Shown piece by piece: positions 18,342 through 28,330 of a stretch of 64,000 nucleotides of DNA. The stretch's first letter is position 1, and each line of letters begins with the position of its first letter. Origin of the DNA: Bacillota bacterium (GTDB lineage: Bacteria > Bacillota > Clostridia > Acetivibrionales > DTU013); assembly GCA_023411715.1 (NCBI GenBank), contig JAEYOM010000004.1, forward strand, positions 20,351 to 84,350, in the 5' to 3' direction. The translations under genes were made by a program, and so were the position numbers. The notes below the pieces were generated by a model that had not been told where the DNA came from, did no database searches, and worked only from the letters and a program-made list of their open reading frames with translations.

Positions 18342-18998
18342 TCAATCCGGCAACTGTCTCTTATATTCGTCATTCGAAACCTGGTCCATATCGTCAACTA
18401 TGCCCTGTTTGTCGGTTTCGTTGTTATAATAATCCTGATAGTCATGATAACCTCCCAGATCCTGCGGGCTGTCCGAACTCCCATATTTCATCAGGTCGTT
18501 GAGCTGATCCATGCCTTCGTATTCATCATCCTCTTGCTTGTTCAGATATTTGCGCCCGAAAGGCGCGTCAATTACCTTTTCCTCGTTAGGCCGGTCTTTG
18601 TTGGACCTGCTACCGGCTTCACGCAGCGGTGAGCTTTCCAATTGCTCTGCGCAATCTACGCATAATTTCGCATAGGGCACAACCTCGAGCCTCTCCTCGG
18701 GGATATCTTTCCCGCAATGTGCGCAGATACCGTAAGTTCCGTTATCTACCCTGACGATGGCGTCCTTTATATCCTGCAGTATATTTTCCTCATGCACCTT
18801 CAGCGCAGTGTTCATCTCTGTCAAAAAAAGCTCGGAGCCCAGATCCGCCGGGTGATTATCATAATTTGACAACTCGGATGGAGAGTAAATATCCTGTTCG
18901 CCCTCGTTGTTTTCCTTCATTACTCCTATTGTGCGGTCGATCTCGCCGAGCCTTTTATTGAGCAGATCCCTGAAATGTTGCAGTTCCCTTTTATCCAT
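18342..18998 (-). CDS. TraR/DksA-family zinc-finger protein (YteA-like)
   Basis: N-terminal coiled coil and C4 finger CAHCGKDIPEERLEVVPYAKLCVDC. Confidence 0.75.
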   Translation of the reverse strand: MDKRELQHFRDLLNKRLGEIDRTIGVMKENNEGEQDIYSPSELSNYDNHPADLGSELFLTEMNTALKVHEENILQDIKDAIVRVDNGTYGICAHCGKDIPEERLEVVPYAKLCVDCAEQLESSPLREAGSRSNKDRPNEEKVIDAPFGRKYLNKQEDDEYEGMDQLNDLMKYGSSDSPQDLGGYHDYQDYYNNETDKQGIVDDMDQVSNDEYKRQLPD

Positions 18999-19001
18999 TA
19001 C

Positions 19002-19307
19002 TTACCTCCCCGGATTGTTTAGATTATTGTTGACAATGTTCACTATCTCGCTAATAAATTCGCCTATTACCGGCAAGTCCCATTTCATGATATACCGCAG
19101 GAGATAAATGATAAGCGCGGCCAGCAGCGTAAAGCCGATGGAAGCGCCGAATCCTCTCGCAAGTCCTGCCAAAAAATTTGAAAACAGCATTTTTCGCGGA
19201 TGTTCAAGGTATTCCACGTATTCCTTGATCTTTGTTTTCTCCATATTGAAAGAAATCCGGTCCAGTTTCTTGTTAAGTAGCCTGTACATGGTTTTGCTGT
19301 CGAACAC
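19002..19307 (-). CDS. Small membrane protein (DUF5665-like)
   Basis: 101 aa. HPRKMLFSNFLAGLARGFGASIGFTLLAALIIYLL hydrophobic core. 3-nt spacing to the YteA-like gene. Confidence 0.55.
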   Translation of the reverse strand: MFDSKTMYRLLNKKLDRISFNMEKTKIKEYVEYLEHPRKMLFSNFLAGLARGFGASIGFTLLAALIIYLLRYIMKWDLPVIGEFISEIVNIVNNNLNNPGR

Positions 19308-19333
19308 AAATACCCCCGCCTTCTCTCATGCGG

Positions 19334-19576
19334 CTAAACGTCGGTTCCGTCAAGTTCCTTTTTTGTAATTACGTGCCTGAGATTGTGAATATCCTTCTGA
19401 AGCGTCCCCGTTATATCCACCAGGCTGAACCTGATACGCTCGAGCAGCTCGTGATCGTCCCGCAGCGCGTCATACGGGTAATCCCCGACCGTATTCAGCT
19501 CGACATCGTTCAATAGATCTCCCGCTATTTTGTAAATCGTCTCAAGATCGCTGTGCAATTCAGTTTCAACAAACAT
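19334..19576 (-). CDS. Hypothetical small acidic protein
   Basis: Start moved to ATG 19576, behind GGAGGG (MFVETELHSDLETIYKIAGDLLND...). Confidence 0.45.
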   Translation of the reverse strand: MFVETELHSDLETIYKIAGDLLNDVELNTVGDYPYDALRDDHELLERIRFSLVDITGTLQKDIHNLRHVITKKELDGTDV

Positions 19577-19760
19577 GTGACCCTCCGTTTGCGGCAAATA
19601 TCATATATATAGAATTTCAAATAAGCCGTATTTTTATTATACAAAAGTAAAAAAGAGCATGGTCGTCCGTTTATGCCGGAAAACCGCGCTCTTTAATAAA
19701 AATTTCAAATCATTCGGATTATACTTGAAAATGCAGCAAGTAACCGGATCACAGCCTGTC

Positions 19761-20855
19761 TCAAACAGCCTGATCCTCCTGTCCGAGTTCTACCAGGACC
19801 TGCTTTATCAGTTCGGCATCTTCCACGTAGCAGCTGATAACTTCCCCGATCTCCCTGGGCAGGATGAAATATAGCCTTCCGTCCCGGACTTTCTTGTCGA
19901 GGTACATCATGTCCAGTATACTGTCGGCGTCCATACCGTTCGTTTTTACGGGCAGGCCCGCTTTCTTCAGCGTACCTTCCACCCTGGCCACAGCTTTGAC
20001 GCTCACCATGCCGAGCTTGTGAGCGAGCCTGAACGCGCCTGCCATACCGATCGAAACACATTCCCCGTGCAGCAGCCTGAAGCCTGAAACACTCTCCACA
20101 GCATGCCCGATGGTGTGCCCGAAATTGAGCAGTGCCCTGATGCCTGCTTCGCGCTCGTCCTGCTCTATTACGCTCCCTTTGATCGAACAGTTCATCTTAG
20201 TGATGTACTGCAGCACATTCTCGTCAAAACCGTATATCTTTTCTATATTGTTATCGATGTAGTCATAAAACTCGGCATTCATTATCAGGCCGTGCTTGAT
20301 GACTTCAGCCAGTCCCGATTTCAATTCCCTTTCAGGCAGCGTCCGCAGCGTATTTACATTGATGAATACGAACCGCGGCTGGTAAAATGCCCCGATCATA
20401 TTCTTGCTGCCCTCAAAATCCACACCGGTCTTTCCGCCGATACTGCTGTCGGCTTGCGCCAGAAGGCTCGTCGGGATCTGTATGAACGGGATGCCTCTCA
20501 GGTAGGTTGCTGCTGCAAAGCCCGTAATGTCCCCCGTGACACCGCCGCCCAACGCTACGAGCGTCGAATTCCTGTCGAGTTTCAACGAGATGAGCTTCCT
20601 GTAAATATCGCTGACCGTATCAAGATTCTTGTTCTTCTCTCCCGCAGGAATCGTATGGCAGGAGACTTCCTTTGCGTACAGCGACAATTCATCCACGCAG
20701 GCCTGACAGTAATGCTTTTCGACATTACTGTCCGAAATGACCACGAATCTTCCGCCAAGCCTTGCGCTGCTGCATGCTTTATCCATGCCTGAAAAATCCG
20801 GTGCTATATAGATCGGATAACCCCTGTCACCGAGGTTGACATTCATTTTTACCAT
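19761..20855 (-). CDS. aroB: 3-dehydroquinate synthase
   Basis: 364 aa. LVALGGGVTGDITGFAAATYLRGIPFIQIPTSLLAQADSSIGGKTG and metal-binding His motifs. Confidence 0.9.
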   Translation of the reverse strand: MVKMNVNLGDRGYPIYIAPDFSGMDKACSSARLGGRFVVISDSNVEKHYCQACVDELSLYAKEVSCHTIPAGEKNKNLDTVSDIYRKLISLKLDRNSTLVALGGGVTGDITGFAAATYLRGIPFIQIPTSLLAQADSSIGGKTGVDFEGSKNMIGAFYQPRFVFINVNTLRTLPERELKSGLAEVIKHGLIMNAEFYDYIDNNIEKIYGFDENVLQYITKMNCSIKGSVIEQDEREAGIRALLNFGHTIGHAVESVSGFRLLHGECVSIGMAGAFRLAHKLGMVSVKAVARVEGTLKKAGLPVKTNGMDADSILDMMYLDKKVRDGRLYFILPREIGEVISCYVEDAELIKQVLVELGQEDQAV

Positions 20856-20868
20856 ACTACAACCTTCC

Positions 20869-23800
20869 TTACACCTTTTCTACTGTAAACGTTACAGCTT
20901 CCCCGTTTATATTCCATTCCTTACTGTAGCCTTCGCCGCCCGAAGGCCTGAGCTCGTCTCCGAGGACTTCGTCGCTTATAACTGCCATGTTGCGCTCAAA
21001 TATGGCGTTGATCCTTTCATTGTCACCGTAATATACCCTGATATGGTCCTGCACCTCGAAGCCTGCTTCCTTCCTCATGGTCTGGAGCTTGCTTATGATC
21101 TCGCGGACAAACCCTTCCTCTATCAGTTCGGGAGTCAGGTTGGTATCGAGCACTACGGCAACATCCCTGTCGCTTTCGGATACGAAGCCTTCCTTCTGCG
21201 CTGTGTCGACAAGCACATCCGACAGTTCGAGGACAATTTCGGCGCCTTCAAGCTCAAAGCTTACGCTGCCGTCCTTGTTGAAACGTGACATGAATTCATT
21301 TCCGTCCACCCCGGAAAGGTATTCGCCGATCTTCGGCACAAGCTTGCCGTATTTCGGACCGAGCGTCCTCAGCTGCGGTTTGAATTTATACGTCGTAAAG
21401 CCCGACGCGTCGTCCGTGAATACTATCTGCTTGACGTTTAGTTCGTCGGCGACCAGTTCGCGATACATCTGCGGCAGTTCGCCCTCCGCCTTCACGTAAA
21501 TCTTTCCGATAGGCTGGCGGTTTTTGATATTCGCGGTATTTCTGCAGGCACGGCCCAGAACTACGTATTTAAGCACTTTATCCATATTTTCTTCAAGATC
21601 GGCGTCGATATATTCTTTCCTTACCACCGGGAAATCGCACAGATGAACGCTTTCAGGCGCATTAGCGTCAACGCTGCCGACGAGGTTCAGATATATCTCC
21701 TCTGTGATGAACGGGACGAACGGCGCAGCTGTCTTAGAAAGCTCGACAAGTACTGTGTAAAGCGTCATATATGCATTTATCTTGTCCTGGCACATCTCCT
21801 TCTGCCAGAAACGCTCCCTGCACCTTCTGACATACCAGTTGCTCAGTTCGTCTACGAATTCCTGTATATCCCTGCCGGACTCGGTTATCCTGTAATTTTC
21901 AAGGTTTTTATCCACGTTTCCGATCAGTGTGTAAAGCCTTGAAAGGATCCACTTATCCATTACGGATAGCTTATCTTTTTCCAGTTTATAATCGAGCGGG
22001 TTAAAACCGTCGATATTCGCATACAGCACATAGAAAGCATAGGTGTTCCACAAGGTGCCCATGAACTTCCTCTGGCTTTCGCTCACAGCTTCTTCATAGA
22101 ATCTGCTAGGCAGCCACGGTGCGCTGCCGGTATAGAAATACCAGCGGACGGCGTCCGAACCCTGCTTGTTGAGAACTGTCCACGGATCGACTACATTGCC
22201 CTTGTGCTTGCTCATTTTCTGACCGTCTTTGTCATTTACATGGCCAAGCACTATACAGTTTTTGAAGGCCGGCTCGTCGAACAACAGCGAAGAAATTGCC
22301 AGCAACGTGTAGAACCAGCCTCTTGTCTGGTCTATAGCCTCGCTTATGAAATCCGCCGGATAGCGTTTTTCAAAAATATCCTTGTTCTCGAAGGGATAGT
22401 GCCACTGTGCAAAAGGCATAGAACCCGAGTCGAACCAGCAGTCTATGACTTCGGATACCCTCTTCATATCGCCCGAGCATTTCGGACATCTGAGCTTCAA
22501 GTTGTCAATAAACGGCTTATGCAGTTCTATATCGTCGGGCACGTTTTCACCGAGCTCTTTAAGTTCGGCAATGCTTCCTACAAGATGCCTGTGTCCGCAT
22601 TTGCACTCCCAGATCGGCAGAGGCGTGCCCCAGTATCTTGAACGGCTGAGACCCCAATCCACGACATTCTCGAGGAAATTACCCATACGGCCTTCCTTTA
22701 TATTATCAGGCATCCAATTTATACTGTTGTTATTCTTCAACAACCTGTCACGGATCGCGGTCATTTTGATGAACCAGGTGTCGCGTGCGTAATAGAGCAG
22801 CGGCGTGTCGCATCTCCAGCAGAACGGATATGAATGCTCGTAAGCCAGCGTCTTGTATAAAAGGCCCCTTGAGTCGAGGTCCTTTATGATATCCGGATCG
22901 ACATCCTTTACGAACCTGCCCTTCCATGGTTTTACTTCCTCTATGAATTCGCCCTGCTCGTTAACCATCTGCACAAAAGGCAGGTCATTATCCTTTCCGA
23001 CTCTTGAGTCATCCTCACCGAACGCGGGCGCGATATGAACTATACCGGAGCCGTCGGACAGAGTGACATAATTGTCGCAGACTACGTACCAGGCTTTTTT
23101 ATCCGGCCTGGCGAAGTCGAATAACGGCTCATATTCCATACCGCGCAGTTCCGTTCCCCGATAGCTGCCGACAACGCTGTATTCGCTCTTCAAAACGGCC
23201 GGAGCAAGCGCTTCCGCCAGAATATATGTCTCATCGCCGCATTTTGCACGTACGTATGTTTCATCGGGATTTACGCACAATGCAACGTTGGAAGGCAATG
23301 TCCACGGAGTGGTCGTCCATGCCATCAGGTAAACTCCCTGTTCGCCTTTTACTTTGAACTTAACAAATACCGAGGTCTCAGTTACATCCTTGTAGCCCTG
23401 CGCGACTTCGTGGCTTGACAGCGAGGTGCCGCAGCGCGGACAGTACGGAACTATCTTGTGCCCCTTGTAAAGCAGCCCTTTGTCCCATATCTGCTTCAAT
23501 GCCCACCATTCAGATTCGATATAGGTATTGTTGTATGTGATATAGGGATCCTCCATATCGGCCCAGAAACCGACACGGTCGCTGATCTCCTCCCACTCGT
23601 GCTTGTATTTCCATACGCTTTCCTTGCACTTCTGGATAAAAGGCTCCACGCCGTATTCTTCGATCTGCGGCTTGCCGTTTATACCGAGCAGCTTCTCAAC
23701 TTCAAGCTCAACAGGCAGTCCGTGCGTATCCCAGCCTGCTTTTCTCAGGACATTATAGCCCTTCATCGTCTTGTAGCGCGGGATTATATCCTTCATTGCC

Positions 23801-23985
23801 CTGGTGAGGACATGGCCTATATGCGGTTTTCCGTTGGCTGTCGGCGGACCGTCGTAGAAGGTGAACGCGTCGCGGCCTTCCCTGAATTTAAGACTCTTTT
23901 CAAAAATTTTATTGTCTTTCCAGTACTTCAGCACTTCCTGCTCACGTTCAACAAATTTCAGATCTGTCGATACTTTTTTGTACAT
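20869..23985 (-). CDS. ileS: Isoleucine--tRNA ligase (type 2, long form)
   Basis: HIGH motif (PHIGH) and KMSKS motif (KMSKH). Start moved to MYKKVSTDLKF at 23985, behind AGGAGG. Confidence 0.95.
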   Translation of the reverse strand: MYKKVSTDLKFVEREQEVLKYWKDNKIFEKSLKFREGRDAFTFYDGPPTANGKPHIGHVLTRAMKDIIPRYKTMKGYNVLRKAGWDTHGLPVELEVEKLLGINGKPQIEEYGVEPFIQKCKESVWKYKHEWEEISDRVGFWADMEDPYITYNNTYIESEWWALKQIWDKGLLYKGHKIVPYCPRCGTSLSSHEVAQGYKDVTETSVFVKFKVKGEQGVYLMAWTTTPWTLPSNVALCVNPDETYVRAKCGDETYILAEALAPAVLKSEYSVVGSYRGTELRGMEYEPLFDFARPDKKAWYVVCDNYVTLSDGSGIVHIAPAFGEDDSRVGKDNDLPFVQMVNEQGEFIEEVKPWKGRFVKDVDPDIIKDLDSRGLLYKTLAYEHSYPFCWRCDTPLLYYARDTWFIKMTAIRDRLLKNNNSINWMPDNIKEGRMGNFLENVVDWGLSRSRYWGTPLPIWECKCGHRHLVGSIAELKELGENVPDDIELHKPFIDNLKLRCPKCSGDMKRVSEVIDCWFDSGSMPFAQWHYPFENKDIFEKRYPADFISEAIDQTRGWFYTLLAISSLLFDEPAFKNCIVLGHVNDKDGQKMSKHKGNVVDPWTVLNKQGSDAVRWYFYTGSAPWLPSRFYEEAVSESQRKFMGTLWNTYAFYVLYANIDGFNPLDYKLEKDKLSVMDKWILSRLYTLIGNVDKNLENYRITESGRDIQEFVDELSNWYVRRCRERFWQKEMCQDKINAYMTLYTVLVELSKTAAPFVPFITEEIYLNLVGSVDANAPESVHLCDFPVVRKEYIDADLEENMDKVLKYVVLGRACRNTANIKNRQPIGKIYVKAEGELPQMYRELVADELNVKQIVFTDDASGFTTYKFKPQLRTLGPKYGKLVPKIGEYLSGVDGNEFMSRFNKDGSVSFELEGAEIVLELSDVLVDTAQKEGFVSESDRDVAVVLDTNLTPELIEEGFVREIISKLQTMRKEAGFEVQDHIRVYYGDNERINAIFERNMAVISDEVLGDELRPSGGEGYSKEWNINGEAVTFTVEKV

Positions 23986-24104
23986 AACTTCCTCCTGTAT
24001 TATAGATCCCGGGTTATACGACCCGCCCAATAATTTTCCTGTTGCGCAAATCCATTACACCCTTGATAAATGAAACTAAAGAACCGTCCCTTTGTTTCAT
24101 GTAA

Positions 24105-24385
24105 ACTAAAAAACCCCTCGATCCCAGATAAAGGGACGAGAGGATATGACTCACGCGTTACCACCCAAATTACCGCTGTAATTACAGTCTTCGACTGTTA
24201 TTCACGGCAGTCTCTTGATCATACCTTTAACGGAGTGACCCGGCTTATCGTACTTGCGCTTTCACGCTTTCAGCAAGCGGCTCCCGGAGGATTTTCAGGA
24301 AACTCTTCCGCAGCCTCGCACCGGCCGGCTGCTCTCTGTTGGATTAGCGATCCTTACTCGTTCCGATCATAGCAATAAAATATTA
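24105..24385 (-). promoter_or_regulatory. T-box riboswitch leader of ileS
   Basis: The minus strand carries AACAGAGAGCAGCC (stem I AGAGA element), the T-box sequence AAUUUGGGUGGUAACGCGUGA (24151-24170), and the terminator CCUCUCGUCCCUUUAUCUGGGAUCGAGGGGUUUUUU. I could not assign the specifier codon with confidence. Confidence 0.85.
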
Positions 24386-24392
24386 AAAATCA

Positions 24393-24422
24393 TTATACAT
24401 CACGGACTTGTTTCCTGTCAAC
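24393..24422 (-). promoter_or_regulatory. Sigma-A promoter for the ileS T-box leader
   Basis: Minus strand TTGACA-18 nt-TATAAT (ttgacaggaaacaagtccgtgatgtataat). Confidence 0.7.
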
Positions 24423-24424
24423 AA

Positions 24425-24477
24425 AGTCCTGCCGTGGTATTCAAGACCTACAGTCCTGCCGTGGTATTCAAGCCGTG
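24425..24477. repeat. 27-bp direct repeat (2 copies) abutting the ileS -35 box
   Basis: agtcctgccgtggtattcaag occurs at 24425 and again at 24452. Confidence 0.9.
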
Positions 24478-24495
24478 TAAAACGATCAGGCAGCC

Positions 24496-24960
24496 TCAAG
24501 CGCTCCTGTCATCATCCTCAAAAATCTGCTTGAGCGTTTCCATCTGCGACATCAATAGCATTTCGCATTTTGACTTGAATATATGCAGCTTCTTCTTGGA
24601 ATCCTCATATTCGAATTTTATTTTTACAACTTCCTGGTTGGCGTCGTTGATAAGCTTCTGTGCTCTGACCTCGGCGTCATGGACGATATTTTCAGCTTTC
24701 TCGTATGCGTTCTTCTTTATGTCCTCTCCGGTTTGCTGCGCAACGAGTAGTGTGTTCTGAAGCGACTCCTCGATGGTCTTGTAATGCTGCAGCCCTTCGT
24801 TCAGCAGTGCGAGCTTGTCCTTCAGTTCCACGTTCTCGCGTATGTATGCGCTGTAGTCTTCAATGACTTTGTCGAGGACATCGTTTACCATATCCTCGTT
24901 GTAGCCCCCGATAGCTTTTTTAAAGGTCAGGTTCTGCAGATCATTCGGTGTATAATTCAT
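24496..24960 (-). CDS. divIVA: Cell-division/septum-site protein DivIVA
   Basis: MNYTPNDLQNLTFKKAIGGYNEDMVNDVLDKVIEDY, the canonical DivIVA N-terminus plus a coiled coil. Confidence 0.9.
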   Translation of the reverse strand: MNYTPNDLQNLTFKKAIGGYNEDMVNDVLDKVIEDYSAYIRENVELKDKLALLNEGLQHYKTIEESLQNTLLVAQQTGEDIKKNAYEKAENIVHDAEVRAQKLINDANQEVVKIKFEYEDSKKKLHIFKSKCEMLLMSQMETLKQIFEDDDRSA

Positions 24961-24975
24961 CGATCGGTCACCTCT

Positions 24976-25773
24976 TCAGACTAATTTTTTTATACAAACT
25001 GTTATTCTGGCCTTTTTCGTCAAGCCTCCGACCTTTTCAAGGACGGCTCTTCCCTTTCCCCGTAAACTTACTGTATCGCCTTCATGCACCACTTTGTCCG
25101 GGCTCAGGGAGACTTCCCAGTTCAGCTGCACCTTGCCGGCTTTTATGCAATCAGCCGCGAGGCTTCTGGATATACCGAATGCGGGGGCACACAGGCTGTC
25201 CAGCCTGAGTGTCGAAAGCGTAGCTTTTATTTCCCTGGTTTTTGCTTCCGGGACATTAAGATCCGAAATTTCGGTTGTTTTAAGGCTGATGCCCGTATTG
25301 CCGATTTTATCGAGATTTCCTGCTATATATCCGGCAATATCGCTCAGCACAATGATACTGCATTTATCTTCTCTGACAAGGATATCACCTGTGACTTCCC
25401 GTTTTATCCCCAAACTCATCAGAGCGCCGAGGTAATCCCTGTGTGTCAGACTGTTCCTTGCGAGCGGAGTTATTTCGATGACCTTGAGGATACTTCCCTG
25501 GAATTCGTATAAATCCTCTTCATCGGAAAATTCCGGTCTGAATACGGCAATAGCCCTTTCAGCGCCCGGGTATCCGCCGAAAAAGGAATATTCGCGGACA
25601 TTGAGCGAGGGCAGGAGCTTTTCCGCCAGATTTATCTGATGAGGGTCGAGAAAATCGGAATGTGAAAAACCCCGCGTCTTTCCGGAAAATTCGGATTTAT
25701 CGAGCAGCCTTGCGATGGCAAGTCTGTCTTCGGCTTTACCTATCGACCTTAAAACTCCGTCTTTGTTTTGCAT
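24976..25773 (-). CDS. ylmH: YlmH-like RNA-binding (S4 domain) division-cluster protein
   Basis: 265 aa. Position between sepF and divIVA. C-terminal S4-like LRLDSLCAPAFGISRSLAADCIKAGKVQLN. Confidence 0.8.
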   Translation of the reverse strand: MQNKDGVLRSIGKAEDRLAIARLLDKSEFSGKTRGFSHSDFLDPHQINLAEKLLPSLNVREYSFFGGYPGAERAIAVFRPEFSDEEDLYEFQGSILKVIEITPLARNSLTHRDYLGALMSLGIKREVTGDILVREDKCSIIVLSDIAGYIAGNLDKIGNTGISLKTTEISDLNVPEAKTREIKATLSTLRLDSLCAPAFGISRSLAADCIKAGKVQLNWEVSLSPDKVVHEGDTVSLRGKGRAVLEKVGGLTKKARITVCIKKLV

Positions 25774-25785
25774 ATGAAGCGATGC

Positions 25786-26247
25786 CTAATATTTCATCCA
25801 GGGAAAATTACCCTTGCCTTTTATTTCGTTATCCAATTCGCCCATTATGTCGACATTATTAGGAGCAATAAGGAAGATGCCTGTAGATACCTTCTGAATC
25901 TCGCCGTCCAGACCGTAGACCGATCCGCTCAGGAAATCCACAACTCTCTGGGCTGTCTCCTTGTTCAGATTTTCAAGATTGACAACTACTGGTTTTTTGC
26001 TCTTGAGATGATCGCAGACTTCGCGGGCGTCATCGAATGTCTCAGGCTGCATTATGACAACCTTGAACTGATTATTGGAATGAATATTTACAACTTTATT
26101 TTGTTGGGACTTCTTTGTAAAGGACTGCAAATAACCGGGAGTTGAATCGGATTCTTCTCTTTCTTCTTCCTGTACATCTTCCGCTTCTTCCTCTTCCTCA
26201 GATTCCCACCCAACGAGATTCAACATCTTGTTCAGCAGTTTAGCCAT
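25786..26247 (-). CDS. sepF: Cell division protein SepF
   Basis: Start moved to MAKLLNKMLNLVGW (26247, RBS GGAGGG). C-terminal FDDAREVCDHLKSKKPVVVNLENL...DFLSGSVYGLDG is SepF-typical. Confidence 0.9.
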   Translation of the reverse strand: MAKLLNKMLNLVGWESEEEEEAEDVQEEEREESDSTPGYLQSFTKKSQQNKVVNIHSNNQFKVVIMQPETFDDAREVCDHLKSKKPVVVNLENLNKETAQRVVDFLSGSVYGLDGEIQKVSTGIFLIAPNNVDIMGELDNEIKGKGNFPWMKY

Positions 26248-26287
26248 TAGTAGATCCCTCCGTTTTTCGTTCGTAAATATATATGGG

Positions 26288-27004
26288 TCATACGCGTTTT
26301 CCAAAAAGAGCGGTACCTATCCTGACCATGTTGGCGCCTTCCTCTATCGCGATCTCAAAATCATTGCTCATGCCCATGGAAAGGTAATCCATATTTATAT
26401 TATCAATATTTTCCTTACCGATGTCAATAAGCAATTTTCTAAGGTTTGCAAACACCCACCTGATATTTTCAGGGTTTTCAGCCATCGGCGCTATCGTCAT
26501 CAAGCCTCTTATCCTAATGTTTTCCAGTTTACTTGCCGCTTTGACAAAGTCGAGCGTCTCTTCGGGCTTTATTCCGAACTTTGATTCCTCTCCAGCGACG
26601 TTTACCTGAACTAGTACATCTATGCGCCTGCCTGCTTTTTGCGCTCTTTTCTGTATTTCATGCGCCAGTTCCAGGCTGTCGAGTGAATGGATCATGCTCA
26701 CCCTGTCTGCTATATATTTGACCTTGTTGGTCTGAAGATGGCCTATAAGGTGCCAATTGCATTCTATGTCCAATATATCGGTTTTGTCGCACAATTCCTG
26801 AACTCTATTTTCGCCGAAATCCATGATCCCTGCGTCAAAAGCTGCTTTGACCTTGTCCGCCGTTACCGTTTTACTGACGGCTATTAACTTTATTTCCCCA
26901 GGATCCCTGCCGGATCTGGCGGCGGCTTCCCGTATACGGGCCAGGATCTTTTCATAATTTTCTTTTAAATTCTTTTGATCCTCTGCGTAATTATTACCGG
27001 TCAT
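26288..27004 (-). CDS. ylmE: YggS/YlmE-family pyridoxal-phosphate homeostasis protein
   Basis: LIAVSKTV...HLIGHLQTNKVKY...LSMGMSNDFEIAIEEGANMVRIGTALFG. Confidence 0.9.
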   Translation of the reverse strand: MTGNNYAEDQKNLKENYEKILARIREAAARSGRDPGEIKLIAVSKTVTADKVKAAFDAGIMDFGENRVQELCDKTDILDIECNWHLIGHLQTNKVKYIADRVSMIHSLDSLELAHEIQKRAQKAGRRIDVLVQVNVAGEESKFGIKPEETLDFVKAASKLENIRIRGLMTIAPMAENPENIRWVFANLRKLLIDIGKENIDNINMDYLSMGMSNDFEIAIEEGANMVRIGTALFGKRV

Positions 27005-28326
27005 TGCTCTATTATATCTCCTTCAGCAATATTATCGGGATTCACTATATAAGTATCGTAAAGACTCACCGTCTTATTTACTTCACCGTCGGGCGTACTG
27101 ATAATAGCGTACTCGTCATCCCTGCAAAGTATATTGACAGTCCTGTTGGCAGCTACGTTATATCTGATCAGCATGATCCTGGCCTTGGTACCGTCTGCGG
27201 ATATATCCCGCAGGCATTTCACCGGAACCTTCAGTCCTTCTTCCGTTTTACTAATGAAGTCAACGCTGACGATCCTTTGGGAAGAAAGCGTATCGACTCC
27301 CTTGTTTATCCTGACGACTACCACTTTCCGGCCATCCCCGCCGTTATTGATATTGTTTACGGTGGCGGTCGTTTCTATGTCAGTTCCGTTAATCCTCAGA
27401 TAGATGCTGCCGCCTGCCTTGAAGGCCTTAGCCCGATCTGCCGGTATTGCAGCGGCAAGATAAAGGTCGGTGCCTTTGATTACCTTGGCTGCTGGCAGGC
27501 CTGCCTTTACAGTTCCGTTTCCGGCCATGATCCCGGAATATTTGCCGGATATGCTGTCAAGCTCCCCGGGAGTGAGCTTTTTAAGCACTGCCGGCGTCAA
27601 TTGCTTTTCAAATCCGTCGATAGCGTATGAGACAACTCCTGAAGTATCCGATTTTATCTCGACGGTATTCCTGTTTATCCTGCCCTGTATGTCATCCTTT
27701 TCTTTCTGCAGGGAAATAATGTAGCTGTCCGTGGAGTTTGCACCAACGATCTCTGCTTTTTTCTCCACTATATTTACGATTTCGTTCCTGTATTTTCCCA
27801 TATCCGAGAAACTTCTTGAATTACACGCAACTATCAGATCCCGGACTTCGATGCCTATTTCATCATCAAGCTTCGCAAGGTCGCCGGAGAAAAAGTCGGT
27901 TTTTTCGGCCTTTTCCATCTTTGCCTTCACGATCTTTGAGTTTATATCTTCAATATCCTTGTGCAGCTTGTCGGAGGTATCGTTCATTACCAGCGCAATC
28001 CGCGAAAACGCCGACGTTCTTTCGCCCTCGCCGATCTCGGCGATATATCTTCCTGCGATCTTTGAAGGCTGCAGCAGCTTTTCATCCCTGATTATAATGG
28101 CGCTGCTTTGTACGTAATCCTCTATAATGCCGTTCCGGATCACGTCGCTGGTTATATGCCTGCTGGAAAGCCAGTTCATGAGCGAAGGTATATAAAGCAG
28201 TACGAAGAGGAAAAACAGAAGGCCCCCAAGCGTGGCGCGCTTGATATAGCGCGGTTTTTTCTCCTCTTCGGTTTTGTCGGCAGTTTTATCTCTTTCCATT
28301 TTGTCTTTCGCTAATTTGTACCTCAT
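27001..28326 (-). CDS. Membrane-anchored protein with an HlyD/barrel-sandwich-like region (function uncertain)
   Basis: 441 aa. One N-terminal TM (LGGLLFFLFVLLYIPSL). Coiled-coil middle and beta-rich C-terminus. 4-nt overlap with ylmE. Confidence 0.5.
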   Translation of the reverse strand: MRYKLAKDKMERDKTADKTEEEKKPRYIKRATLGGLLFFLFVLLYIPSLMNWLSSRHITSDVIRNGIIEDYVQSSAIIIRDEKLLQPSKIAGRYIAEIGEGERTSAFSRIALVMNDTSDKLHKDIEDINSKIVKAKMEKAEKTDFFSGDLAKLDDEIGIEVRDLIVACNSRSFSDMGKYRNEIVNIVEKKAEIVGANSTDSYIISLQKEKDDIQGRINRNTVEIKSDTSGVVSYAIDGFEKQLTPAVLKKLTPGELDSISGKYSGIMAGNGTVKAGLPAAKVIKGTDLYLAAAIPADRAKAFKAGGSIYLRINGTDIETTATVNNINNGGDGRKVVVVRINKGVDTLSSQRIVSVDFISKTEEGLKVPVKCLRDISADGTKARIMLIRYNVAANRTVNILCRDDEYAIISTPDGEVNKTVSLYDTYIVNPDNIAEGDIIEQ

Positions 28327-28330
28327 TTTA

